DNA from: the human T2T-CHM13v2.0 reference genome, Homo sapiens | Length of the DNA: 64,000 nucleotides | Reading direction: 5' to 3' (one strand) | Assembly: GCF_009914755.1 (NCBI RefSeq) | Contig: NC_060947.1 | Part shown: positions 12,316 to 24,959 of the stretch, in pieces | Numbering within the stretch: the stretch's first letter is position 1 | Layout of the letters: each line of letters starts with the position of its first letter | Translations under genes and position numbers: made by a program | The notes under the pieces: model-generated | Seen by the model: the letters and a program-made list of their open reading frames with translations, nothing else | The model's database searches: none | Told to the model about the DNA's origin: nothing

Positions 12316-14953
12316 CATGTGGGCCACAATCTGCACAACAGTCTGTTTAATCTAAACCTACGGCCTCAGACCACCCTTACTGATGCAGCCAAACCTAATG
12401 TCCTGCCCTGGCCCCCATCCAAATTGACAGACCCATTTTCCTACTGCTCACGCAAAGGCTCCATCTGGACAGGCACAGCACCTCCTCATCTACATACTGC
12501 ACATGGACCCCGTCCTCCACACTCTTCCTCATCAAATCACCACCAACTTTTCCTCCTTCACTCTCAACTAAGGGGACAACTTCACCTAGTCAGCAGCCTC
12601 AGAAGTCAGATCAATAGAGATTGTCTCCATCAGTTCACAGTCCCTCACTTCCTAAAACACTCACGTGGCTTTCCACCTCACCATCTGCCCCCACCCTGAC
12701 AGACTGAACTAAGAACATTGCCACTTTCTTTTGTTTTCATGACTTGGTGTTTCCTCAGCATATGTTCAATAAATGGATGAATCAATGGATGAATGAGTAA
12801 GTGAGTGAGTGAATGAATGAATGAATGAATGAAATTACCAGGGATGGGAATTCACTGATTCAAATCTTGGAGTCTGCCCCATCTGGGCCTCCTGCCTCCA
12901 TAAAGAAATGCACAGTTCCCTCACCTGTGCTCACCTGAGTTCACAGTTCCCGTGGAAACTTCTATTGAGAGGGCTACTACGGACGCCTCCTCACCAGGCC
13001 CAAACACTGTCATGGAGGTGAGGATGTTCCCAGCAGGATGGTGCATGATGCTCCCTGCATTGAACCCTGCACATCCCCATCAGTTTAACAAGGGAAGGTG
13101 CCAACTCCACTGGGTTTCCATCCAACCTGCCTATGTCCACACCTTGGGCCAGCCCTCTATCCCAGCCAGTGTGTGAGGGCAACACAGGCCAGCAATCACA
13201 GCGCCGGGACACCTGCTCCCTTGTGCGCCAAGAGCTCAGAAGCCACAGGAGTCCATCTGAGGCAGGGTCACCACCTGGATCATTTTCAGCGCACGTCCAC
13301 ACCCAGCCCTTCATCTGCAGAGTCTCGACTGATTAGTCTCAGGGCACTCTTCCTCCAATTTCCCCTCCATGTGGCCACATGCCCCCTTCAACGGCTCATT
13401 GGCATTCCTGGCCCATCTCGGCAGTTGGTCATCAGTCAGCAACCCACTCACATAGCCCAGCCTCTATGGACGGTCCCCAGGGGATAAAACTCCAGCCCCC
13501 AGCAGGCATGAAGACAGCTTCCAGCCCTGGAACGCTGGCAAAGGTGCACAGGACCACTGGAGGGGTCAGGAGAGGGAGCTAGCCCAGGATGATGCAGGGA
13601 GCCAGCCAAGCTCTTGCTGAGAGAAGGAAGGGGAGTCTGAGGCAGGGTGGGGTGTCCAGCATGCCGCTGGTGCATTCAGCCAATAGGCCTGCCCATTCGG
13701 ATCACACGACCCCCTCCAGCTGGTGATGATGGTGCCTGGATTTCCCAAGACTATTTCTGTTCATTGTCCTGTCCTCCCTCCTCCCTTCCGCCTTGCCTTC
13801 CTCAGGTCCCTGCCCCCACTGGGCTGAACTCTGGATTCACAGCTGTGAATGCCAGCCTGCCTGGGGCTCTGTGGACTTGGTTTCACATGTGGTCTCTCTC
13901 ATGGACGCTGGCAATTGCTCTCCCCTGGATCCTCCCAGTGCCCCTCACGGGCTGAGGATCTCCTGTCTGCTGTCCTTCCCTGGCACCTGTTCAGTCTGCC
14001 ACCCTTTTCACTTTAACCCGATGTCCATGTTATACATCTTTCTTATAAGAAAACACTCATGCTTGCCCAAAAATTTATACTCAAAGATGTTGATCTTATT
14101 CTAGTCATCATATAGCAAATGAGAAACAACTTATGTGTCTTTCAGAAAGAGTTTAATTAATTATGGTGTATGCCTACTTTAGAATTATAGAATGTAATTT
14201 GAAAAGTGAGATAGATCTATATATGTATTGTTTAGAAAGATCCCGCATCCATTTTATAAACTGACAAAGGTTAGTTGCAGTTCAATATGTACATCACTCT
14301 TCTTGCATGTTAAATAAAAACGACATATTGCTGTACTTTATCTGTCCATGAAAAGCCTGTAGTCAGCTGTAAAATAATACACAAGACTGATCATTGTGGT
14401 GACCTCTGAGGAGCGGGTTAAACTGTGGAGGAACTTTGTAAAGGGGAAATTTGTGTATTATCTATATTTCTATATTTTTTGCCCTAAGAATATACACAGT
14501 ACAACCTTTTAAGTAAAAATATTTATACCTAACAACAGAAAGAGTAGCTCTGTCAGTTTAAGTAACTACTAGTTAATGCAACAGACAAGTCCTGAAATGT
14601 GAATAGCCTGACACAACTCAAGTGTATTATATGCGCACCTAAGTTCTGATGCGGTTTGGCAGGGGCTCCTCACTCTCACATGACCCAGGGATCCGGGCTG
14701 CTTCCACCTTATGATTCCATCATGTCAAAATGAAGCTGCCCTGTTTACCATTGAAAGGAGGGAGAAAGTGTGGAAATGGCACACTGGCTCTCACATGCCG
14801 GGATGTGACAAACACCTCTGTTCATGTTTTGGTGGCAAGGAAAAGTCACGTGACCCTTCCTAACTGTAAGTGGGCCTTACTGTTCCCATGTGTCCAGAAA
14901 GGGGAAGGAGACAAGATGTGGGTGAGCATTATAGTCTCCCCCATAAACTGTTA

Positions 14954-15225
<272 letters not shown>

Positions 15226-16429
15226 AGCAATTATGATTATTTGGTAGTATTTGGCATTACACTACCCTTCTCATTTCTCAAAGGAGTTTCGGAAAAGGCC
15301 ACATTTGGCTTGAAGTTCTCCAACTTGTTTCCAGTGCCTAATATGTGAACAATGCTTTCAAATATAGGATCACAACTAACTGTCCAAGAATCTTGAAAGT
15401 CTCAGCAGGAAGCCTTCCCTTTGCATGACCCTTTGAATCCTGAGTAGACTGCAATTTTTTTGTCCATTTGATTCCAGGTCAAAATCTTAACCTGTGAGTT
15501 TCTGCTACCCTCCACATGTCTGAACTCGTGTCAGGTGTCTCTAGGCACACTGAAAGCCAGTATTTTCCTGCGAGGCAGTTAAACAGACAAGCAGCAGTAG
15601 AAAGCTGCTTAATTATTCGTTTTCCATCAGAGCAGAAGTGTCTTCAAGGAATCAGGGCCTCCAGGGATTTAGGAGTTCAGTAAGTAGATGTTTGTTCCAC
15701 TGATTTCCAAAGCTTCCCCTCATCTAATACTCATGAGGGAGGCTTTGGTTTTAAAGCATTCATCTGTGTATGTGCTCAGAGGTAAACTCCAAATAAGACA
15801 CCCTGATAAAGTCCAATTTCAAGTATCAAGGTGGTTCCAAAACCTTCTAATTTCATGGCGACATCCCAAGAACGCTTAGATAATATGGCGAATCAGACTC
15901 TACTCAGCACATTCATAAAGCACTTGGACAGTGTACTGAAGATAAGCAGAGTGGTAACCAGGTGTGTAAACATCACTATCCCATGGGAATTCAAAAGGGG
16001 TGTTGATATCACATAGCTTCCTGGGTGAGAGATGGGACATCCAGAGGACTTCTACAAGGAAAAGGAATGTGGCCTGTCATGGGGTGAGCAGGTGATTCTG
16101 GGCTGTTCTGTGGGGACTAGTGACAAGCTGGTCAGCAACCCGTGTTCCAGAGTGAGACAGGACACATGGAAGTGGCCAGGGGAAACTCACTGCAATTCGG
16201 GAAAGTGCTGGGACTGACAGAAATGCCCACACCTTGGCAGAGTCAGCTGTCAAGGAACCCAGTGCACACCAGCCTCAAATGGTGTTTCATTCTCACTGTC
16301 ACCTTCCCCAGGCCTGTTTTTAGTACGCTGGCCTCGGGGTCCTTCTTTTTGTCACCAGAGACATACGGCACAGTGTTGAGAAGAGAAAGGAAGTATTACT
16401 CAGGAGGTGGGCCACGGGCTGGGAGGAGT

Positions 16430-16680
16430 GGGAACAACATGGGCTCTGCAGGAATTCAGGTCCAGGATCCGGTTCCAGCCCTGTCCCTTACTAGGCGTGT
16501 GATCCTGGGAAATACCCAAGCCTTGCGTGCCTCTGGTTCTACATCTGTGTAGTAGGTGTGATTAGACCCTTCCGCTAGGACTGGTGGAGTGTGTGCCATG
16601 CAAGTGAAGCACCTGGCTCAGGGCCTGGAGTAAATTACAAGTTTAATGGCTAGCAGGTGGCTGTTATTGCTAATATTATT
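16430..16680 (+). mobile_element. MIR
   Basis: gtgtgatcctggga...tctacatctgt...agcacctggc MIR core. Confidence 0.6.
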
Positions 16681-17639
16681 TGAGCCCAGACTCTACCACT
16701 CTGGGATTTTGTTGTTGTTGTTCTCCAGGACTTATCAGAGAATATACAACTTAATAGGACATGGAATAATTAACCAAAAAGGGAAGTTTCATCCATAAAA
16801 TTCAGTAAAGTATTTCCTCTTAGAGAATGAACTTCAAAATTTGGGTATGTGAGTTTCCCTAGCCAGATGCAGCTCAAAGATCGTAGAATTTGAGTCAAAA
16901 ACCAACTCCTTTCCTCTCTCCCACAGACCTTTCCATCCAAACCACTATTTTCATTCATTTTGTCACCACACGAAATCTTGCTTACGACTGGCCAAATTGC
17001 ACGTGAGATAACCTCATTAGGATGCCTTTTTAATAGAGTCAGCCCTGGTCCTCCCAGCCAGGCAGAAAAGTGCCTGGCCAGTGGCTTCTGGGTCTCCCTT
17101 CCGGGGAGATTCACGCTTCTCTCTCAGGAAATGCTTTCGGATGATGAGTGTCCATCACGCAGCTCTTGCGCTGTGTTCAGAAGCACTGGCACAAAAGCAT
17201 AGGACACTTTCCAATCCTGCTCAGGTGGAGACTCCTCTGTTCATCCACCATCCGAAAGAAACTCCTCAGAGCAGCTTTCCATTCCAGGCTTTTCTCTCAC
17301 CGTCTGAGAATCTGGCCCTGGATCCACCCAAGATCATTACAATCAGCTCCCCCAGAAGGAACTGCAGTTTCCCAAAGCCCAAAATGCCCCAGCTCAGGGC
17401 ATTGACACTCCACCACTCTCACCCGGAGCCCCACACCCTCACCCCTCTCTCACTTTTCCCTACATCTTTAGAGGACATCTTGCCACCTCGATTACGTGAC
17501 TGCAGCTCCTAGACTCTACGACCCTATGGGTGGGTATGAGTCTGGCTTACCTTAGCATCTCCACTACTAACCCAGGGCCTTCCAAAAAGCAGATGCTCAG
17601 TGCATGGAGAAGAAAAGAGCCAGTGAACAGGAAGAATTC

Positions 17640-17645
17640 TTTATT
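17640..17645 (-). terminator. MAGEA1 polyadenylation signal
   Basis: AATAAA ~540 nt after the stop codon. Confidence 0.8.
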
Positions 17646-18184
17646 CAGATTTAATTTCTCTTACATTCTCAAAGAAGCCAAGGAAATCCAGGTATGCATA
17701 TATCTTTAAAAATTTTACAGAATAGACTGAGGTATAAGGCAAGAATTGACTATCTCTTAATTTCTTTAGTTCTTTATCTCATCTATTTTACTGCTCATTT
17801 TTCACATTTCTAAGTACTTATTCCACTGCTGTTATTATCCCAATTCACAAAATAGAATGGATTTCCCAATCTGAATAAAACACAAGACTCTTACCCTTAA
17901 ACTATATACACAGAACTGTGTGACTGCTGTCATTCATAAACTTGGATGCTGAAGTTCATTCAACCATCCCTTAAAAAAAAACATTTGAACAATTCCAAAA
18001 GAGAACAAAGATAAATCTCCAAGTCACCCAATAGAACAGAAACCTACTACTGAGAACACTGACCGCTCTCTTCAGAGTGAAGAATGGGCCTCATGTCACA
18101 CGAGGCAGGGGAAGCTGCTGGACGCGGCCCTGGAAGGTGCACTGGCCCAGTCCCCCTCCCACTGGCCTTGGCTGCAACTCATGC

Positions 18185-19114
18185 TCAGACTCCCTCTTCC
18201 TCCTCTCTCAAAGCTGCTTCACGCAGGGATGGGAAGAAAAAGCGAACTCTTGCACTGACCTTGATCACATACTCAAGGACTTTCACATAGCTGGTTTCAG
18301 CGAGGGCCCTTGGACCCCACAGGAACTCATAGCGTGCGGGATCACTGTCCGGCACCTGCCGGTACTCCAGGTACTTTTCCTGCACCAAATCTTGGGTGAG
18401 CAGCTTCCTGGGCTCCCCATAGGCACTGTGCTCCCTCCCATCATACACCTCCATCACACTCAGCTCCTCCCAGATTTCCTCCTCAGGAGCATGGCCGCCC
18501 TCCATTGCAATCATGACCAGGACAATTATCAGGAAGCCTGTCTTGGGCATGATCTGATTATCACCCAGCAGGCCATCATAGGAGAGACCTAGGCAGGTGA
18601 CAAGGACATAGGAGTGGCCGGTGGGGTCTGCTTCCTTCACGTCAATGCCAAAGACCAGCTGCAAGGACTCAGAGGCTTTGCCGAAGATCTCAGGAAAACA
18701 GTGCTTGTAATTTTTGATGACACTCTCCAGCATTTCTGCCTTTGTGACTGGCTCCCTGGCTCGATATTTGAGGAGCAGAAAACCAACCAAATCAGCCACC
18801 TTCTTAGTGATTACTGCTCGGAACAAGGACTCCAGGATACAAGAGGTGCTTGGCCCCTCCTCTTCACGGCTGCTGGAACCCTCACTGGGTTGCCTCTGTC
18901 GAGTGAAGTTGATGGTAGTGGGAAAGGCGGAGGCTCCCTGAGGACTCTGGGGAGGATCTGTTGACCCAGCAGTGGGCACCTCCTCCAGGGTGCCCAGGAC
19001 CAGAGGAGAGGAGGAGGAGGTGGCAGCCTGCACACACACCAGGCCCAGGGCCTCTTGTTGGGCCTCAAGGGCTTCCTCAGGCTTGCAGTGCAGACTCCTC
19101 TGCTCAAGAGACAT
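18185..19114 (-). CDS. MAGEA1: Melanoma-associated antigen 1 (cancer-testis antigen, MAGE homology domain), 309 aa, entire CDS in terminal exon
   Basis: [23 protein letters not shown]...LREEEEGV matches MAGE-A1 as recalled, including the HLA-A1 epitope EADPTGHSY and the YEFLWGPRA motif. Confidence 0.99.
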
Positions 19115-19254
19115 GATGACTCTCGTCAGGGCAGCAGGCAGGAGTGTGGGCAGGAGCTGGGCAATGAAGACCCACAGGCCTGGGGAGAGAGGGAGTGTGT
19201 GAGAGGCCTCAGCTGAGAACTGAACCTTGGAGACTCTAACAAAGGCCTACTTAC

Positions 19255-19327
19255 AGATCTTCTCCTTGGTGCTCCTCTGTGGCCTCCAGGGAATCCTGTC
19301 CTCTGGGTTGGCCTGTCCCCTGAAAAC
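19255..19327 (-). other. MAGEA1: MAGEA1 exon 2 (non-coding, 73 nt)
   Basis: Acceptor cttcctccttcag|GTTTTCAG and donor AGATCT|gtaagt; followed by a 75-nt intron to exon 3. Confidence 0.88.
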
Positions 19328-22138
19328 CTGAAGGAGGAAGTGAGAGGGTACTCAGGGTACAGCCGGCCAGCAGAGGTCGATTCTACAGGACTGACAGTAG
19401 GGAGGTGAGGCCAGACTCTGTGGAGTCCTATGTGTCCTGTGGCAGGTGGGGCCCTTGGTGTGCATTCAGGGCAAACATTCACTGCTGGCACACCCTGTGC
19501 ATCCTCTGCTCTGTGACCTGAGGATACTGTCTCAGACCAAGGCCTCACTGCCTGGTTCCTGGAGCTCCAGGAAGAGGAATCCACGGGCCCTCAGGGTGCA
19601 GACCGCAAGCACAGCCCTGGCTTCTCAGTGCTACCAGGAGGGTGGGCTGGACTCTGTGACATCCCCACTCTCATGCAGTGGATGACCCCCTCTGTTCTCA
19701 CGCAGGGCCCTTATATTTTTCCTGGCAGGGCCTGGATCCTGCCCTTTTGCTGGTCTGAGAAATCCAAATCAAGAGTTCACATCCATGATAAGGAATGGAA
19801 GGACAGGAGGGGACAAACATCTGGCCACACGTGCCTAGGTCCTTGGGGAAGGGCAGCAAGAGATATCAAAATTCATTGGAATTAATGTGTCCTGGGTGAG
19901 GTGCCCGCTTGGTCCTCACCTTGACTCCTGGCAGGGCCTGGGACGCTCCCTCTACTGACCTGAGCGCAGCCTTCTCAGACCAAGGCCTCCCCGTCCCTGA
20001 CATCAATGATCCCAGGATAACGGAAGGACCTCGGCAGACGGCCCAGCCCATGCTCTCTGGGGTGACAGCAGGGGCAGGGCTGATTTCTGTGCAGTCTCCC
20101 TCAGTGTTCTGGTCCTGGGGTACCCTCAGTCCTCCCTCATGTTCCTCACCCGAACGCATGGCAGATCCTGGGACCGCTCTGTCTTTAGACCAGATGGGGG
20201 TCCCTACGTTGACCTGAGTCACCCTCTGAGAATGAGGTCCTCACCTGCCCCAGATCTGGAAACAGGAGTGAAAAGAAGCCACATCCTGGGTGAGGTGTCC
20301 AGGGCTGACCCCTTTGGTTCTGGGGTGAGGATTCCAATAGCCTTGTCTGTCTCACTCATCTTTATTCCTGCCAGCGCCTGTGCTTCCTCAACCCCCAATT
20401 CCCTGACATGAGTAGACATCCCCCCTTTACCCCAAGACCCCATCTCCCTGAGGGCCCCCCAACTTCCTGCCTGTGGTACAAGTGAGAATGGAACATACCG
20501 CCATCCCTGATCTGGTCCCCCTAGAGCTACTAAAAGGGGACAGCCAGACTGTGTGGAGTCCCTTCTTTCTGAGCCGGGGATATCCCCAGTCCTCATGAAG
20601 GGGGCACATCTTGGGCCATATGGATCCTGGAACTCCTCCCTCTGTTGACCTGAGGCCCCACTTCTCAGACCACAGCTCTGTCCTGTCACCTCAAAGATGC
20701 AGGAAATATGGGCCATATGTGGCCACCGTGCCCTGGACCTCTCAGGGCCGAGGTCCACACTGATCTGGATTCCAAGGTCCCCTGAGTCCTCCCTCCTCTT
20801 CCTCCGCGTAAGCCTTGCAGGCCTGGGTCCCACCCCCATGCTAATCTGAGTCCCCATCATTCTGATTCTTGAGGCCAGAAGTGGCAGCCTCAGTCTCAGA
20901 CAGGGGTGCGGTGTCCTAGGGTGCTGGGTCCTCTGAGGCCTCCCTCATCTCGCAGTAGGGCCCTCCCTCTGCTCCCCTGAGGCCCTGTTCAAGCCCCTTC
21001 CCTCCATCAGCCCTGGATGGGGACGTCAAGATCCGAGTGCCTGGCCGCCATTCCCGTGGCTTCCGTGGGTTGACAGCAGGGATTCTGACAAGATGAGGTT
21101 GGGGGTAGGGGGTAGGTATGGGAATGTGAGTGGGGTGGCGGTGGAGATGAGGAGACAGGTGTGGGTGGGGAACCCTCAGTTCCCTCCCAGGGTCCTGACC
21201 CTAATGCCGGGCGGATGCCTGGACCTTGATGCCTGGGCCCTGCCCTCTCCTGACCAACCCTGCCCCGGTCACATAAGCTATGACTACAGATTGCCCTGTG
21301 GGTTAAGTGGCAGTGGGACGGGACGGGGGGTGGTCCAGCTGAGACATCTGTCCTGGCCGGGTGGTCCAGGGCTGGCAGCAGGGGTGGTACTGGATCATTT
21401 TGGGGCCATCTACCTGGGGTGTGTGCCTCCTCAGTCCTCCCTCAGCATCTCACCTTGCCTCCTCACAGAGCCTAAAACCACTCCCCTCAGTGGATCTCAA
21501 GCCGCCCCTCAGAACCATTAAATGAACCTGGCTTCTCTCAGATCTGTGAGGTTCAAGTCAGTGGTTTCACATCGGGCCATCCAGGGCTTCCCTGGGTTGA
21601 GAGCAGGGGCAAACCGGATTCTGCCAGAATGGGGGAGGCGATGGGAGTGGGGCACATGAGAGAGATGAGGGTGGGGTTGGGGGCAGTGAGGGTGAGGTGG
21701 CAGAAGGGTTGGGGCTGGTGCTGGGGCTGGAGGGTGGTGGTCAGGTGACGGAGTAGGAGTAGGGATGGGGGTGGAGGTGTAGCTGAGGAGATGGGGGTTG
21801 GGTGGGGAATGGGAATGCGAATGGGGTGGGAGTGGGGATTGGAGTGCAGTCTTGGGGGCCCACAGCCCTCCCTCTTGGGTGCTGATCTTGATGCCTGGCA
21901 GAGCCTGTGCCCTGCCCTCTCCTAACCAGTCCTGCCCTGGTCACAGCAACCTCTGATTCCAGAGCTTGGGGAGAAGAACCTGGTGTCTCTCAAGGCTTTT
22001 GGAGCAGGGGTCTGGGGGCAGCCCAGGCTGAGACGTCTTCCCGCGGGTGGGCCAGGGCTGGCAGCAAGGGCGGCGCTGGAATATTTGGGGCTCTCTATTT
22101 GGAGTGGCGGGGTCCTCAGTCCTCCCTCAGCCTCTCAC

Positions 22139-22220
22139 CTTGCCTCCTCACAGAGCCTGGGTCAGGTTCCTTCGGCCGAACTCTACGCCGTCCCTCAGAA
22201 TGGAAACCTCGCTTCTCTCT
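22139..22220 (-). other. MAGEA1: MAGEA1 exon 1 (non-coding; start approximate)
   Basis: CCATTCTGAGGGACGGCGTAGAGTTCGGCCG...GGAGGCAAG|gtgaga; CpG-rich and directly downstream of the Ets pair. Confidence 0.85.
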
Positions 22221-22248
22221 GCCCCACAATGCGCAAGTCAGTGGCGTC

Positions 22249-22268
22249 ACATCCGGGCACCCGGATGT
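22249..22268. promoter_or_regulatory. Inverted pair of CpG-containing Ets sites of the MAGEA1 promoter
   Basis: ACATCCGGG-ca-CCCGGATGT perfect inverted repeat just upstream of exon 1. Methylation-sensitive Ets control of MAGEA1 is established knowledge. Confidence 0.88.
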
Positions 22269-23549
22269 TTCCTGGCGGGAACCGGATCCTGCCTGGGTGG
22301 GGGTGGGAGTGGGCGTGGGGGTGGGGGTGGGGGTGAGGGTGGAATGGCTGGGCGGATGGGCATCAGGGTTGAGGGATGGGGTGGGGGATGTGGGGTGGGG
22401 GTTGGAATGACAATGAAGAGGGGGTTGGGTCACGGGAGTGAGCATTGGAGTGGGGGTTGGGTCACGGGAGTGGGGTCTTAGGGACCCTCAGCCCTCCTTG
22501 AGAATCCTGAGCATGATGTCTGGCAGAGCCTGGACGCTGCCCTCTCCTAAGCAGCCCTTCCCTGATCACACGAGCTCTGACTTCAGAGTCCCCAGTGGTT
22601 TAAGCAGCAAGGGGGCTGGGGGTGGCCCAGCCTGAGAAGTCCACCACCAGATGGTCCAGGACTGGCATGAAGGGATTATTTGGGGTCCTCTATCTGGGGT
22701 AAGTGGGTCCTCAGTCCTCCCTCAGCATGTCACCTTGCCTCCTTACAGAGCCTGGGCCCGCTTCCCTCCACCGATCTCAAGCCGCCCCTCAGACCGAAAA
22801 CCTCGCTTCTCTCTAACCACTAATGCTCAAGTCAGTGGCGTCACATCTGGGCACCTGGGCTTCCCTGGGTTGAGAGCAGGGGTGGAACCGGATTCTGCCT
22901 GGCTTGGGCTGGGGGTGAGCGTGAAGATGTTTGGATGGGTGGCGTAAAGGGAGGGATTGGGGGTGGTAGGGGGAGGGATGCCAGTGGTGCCCCGGGGCTT
23001 AAGTCGTCGTGTTGGTGGTAGTGGGGTTGGGCGTGGGGTTGGGGGACCCTCGGTCACCCCTCAGGGTCCTGACTTTCATGCCTGGCAGAATCTGGACACC
23101 CATATTCTCTGCCGATTGTGTCTGCTTCTCTCCCACCAAGTCTCTGGCCCCCAGTCCCATGAGGTGGCAATGGGAGGGGGGGTGTGGTCGTGGTAACATT
23201 GCCAGGGTCTTCCAGGGCTGACAGGAGGGGCTGAGCTGCATTCTGTGGCCCATCTACGTCGGGAGAGTGGACCCTCTGTCCCCACTCAGGAAGGTCCTCC
23301 TCCCGGCTCCTGGCACTTTGTTGAAGTCATGGGCGGGAGATGCTGTTTCTGCCATCTCTGAGCATTTGCCCAGCTGCACCCATTGCAGAGAATGGCTGCA
23401 GGTCCCAGGCCAGGTGCTCCCTGCAGAGTGGCAGCTCCCGCGATTGTAGTGACCTCTGGGAGAAGACGCACACCTTCCCACGGGGGCTTCTCTCCAGCCA
23501 GAGCTACACTTGGCAAACCTTTTGTCCTCAAAGTAATATGTTTTACTCC

Positions 23550-23835
23550 CAGGCACGGTGGTTCACGCCTGTAATCCCAACAGTTTGAGAGGCCGAGGCG
23601 GGCAGATCACTTGAGGTCAGGGGTTCAAGACCAGCCTGGCCAACATGGTGAAACCCCGTCTCTACACAAAATACAAAAATTAGCTGGGTGTGGTAGTGCT
23701 CAGGAGGCTGAGGCGTGAGAATCGCTTGCACCTGGAGGCGGAGTTTGCAGTGAGGCGAGATCGTGCCATTGAACTCTAGCGTGGGCCTCGCGACAGAGTG
23801 ACACTCTGTCTCAAAAAATTTAAAAAATGAAAAAG
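23550..23835 (+). mobile_element. AluS
   Basis: Alu consensus match. Confidence 0.9.
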
Positions 23836-24555
23836 AAATACACTTTTCGTATCTTCCAAGGATATATGTAGGTAGCTGTATATATATATGTATTTATTTC
23901 TAGGAAAGAATACCTACCAGTAGTATGCATGATTCACTCTTATATCCTATTCTACTTCTTTTCCATTCTTTACGTTCTGTTGAAATAATTTTTTTTGAAA
24001 CACAATTTCTCACCCACTATGTTGGTGTCTGGTTGTTATTAGTGGAACTCTTGATCCATACTGTCTTAACCAGCCCTGTTTAACTGGTGTCCTGCTGTTG
24101 CCCTAGGGCTACTAGCATCATGTTTTGAGGAGCTGCCTCAGACTGTGTAATGATGTGAAGTGGAAATTTGAAAACTTTCATTGTAACCATTTTGTCAACT
24201 GCAGTCTAGGCAGGGTACAGACCTCCCCAGTATCCCTGCTGCCACCCCCCCTCCAACCGAGACTGCAAGTGTCAAACACAATTACCAGTTCAACCATCTT
24301 CAGCATCACCCAGGGCTTTCTCTATTTTGTTGCTTAGACTTTGTTGCTGATATTGTGTCTTTCTCCTTCTTTTTCCCTTCTATAATTTTCCAGGGTTGAT
24401 TTGTGAAGCAGAGAACAGCAGCCCAAATTTGATTGTCACGTTGGCAGCCACAGGTAAGACATAATTTGTACATAATTGTACATAATTGAAGCACATTTGA
24501 CATTTTTACAGTGTTCTCTTTCTCATCAATGAATATGCTATGCTCCTCTATAATA

Positions 24556-24902
<347 letters not shown>

Positions 24903-24959
24903 CATGTATTAATTTCAAACTCCTTTTACTTGAATCTGTCAGTATACTGTGATTGTTGC

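Larger units (their letters stand above)
17622..19179 (-). other. MAGEA1: MAGEA1 exon 3 (5'UTR tail, CDS, 3'UTR); 3' end approximate
   Basis: Acceptor tctctccccag|GCCTGTGGG at 19180/19179; AATAAA on minus strand at 17640-17645. Confidence 0.9.
21170..23300 (-). repeat. Tandem array of diverged MAGE-A promoter/exon-1 units (~590-680 bp period)
   Basis: Motif cctcagtcctccctcagc..tcaccttgcctcct.acagagcc recurs at ~21428, ~22114 and ~22709, each followed by related promoter and G-rich segments. Confidence 0.85.

Noticed and set aside
18077-19202. Plus-strand ORFs overlapping MAGEA1
   Set aside because: Antisense shadows of a GC-rich CDS.
20219-20860. 213-aa ORF in MAGEA1 intron 1
   Set aside because: GC-rich intron, no recognisable homology.
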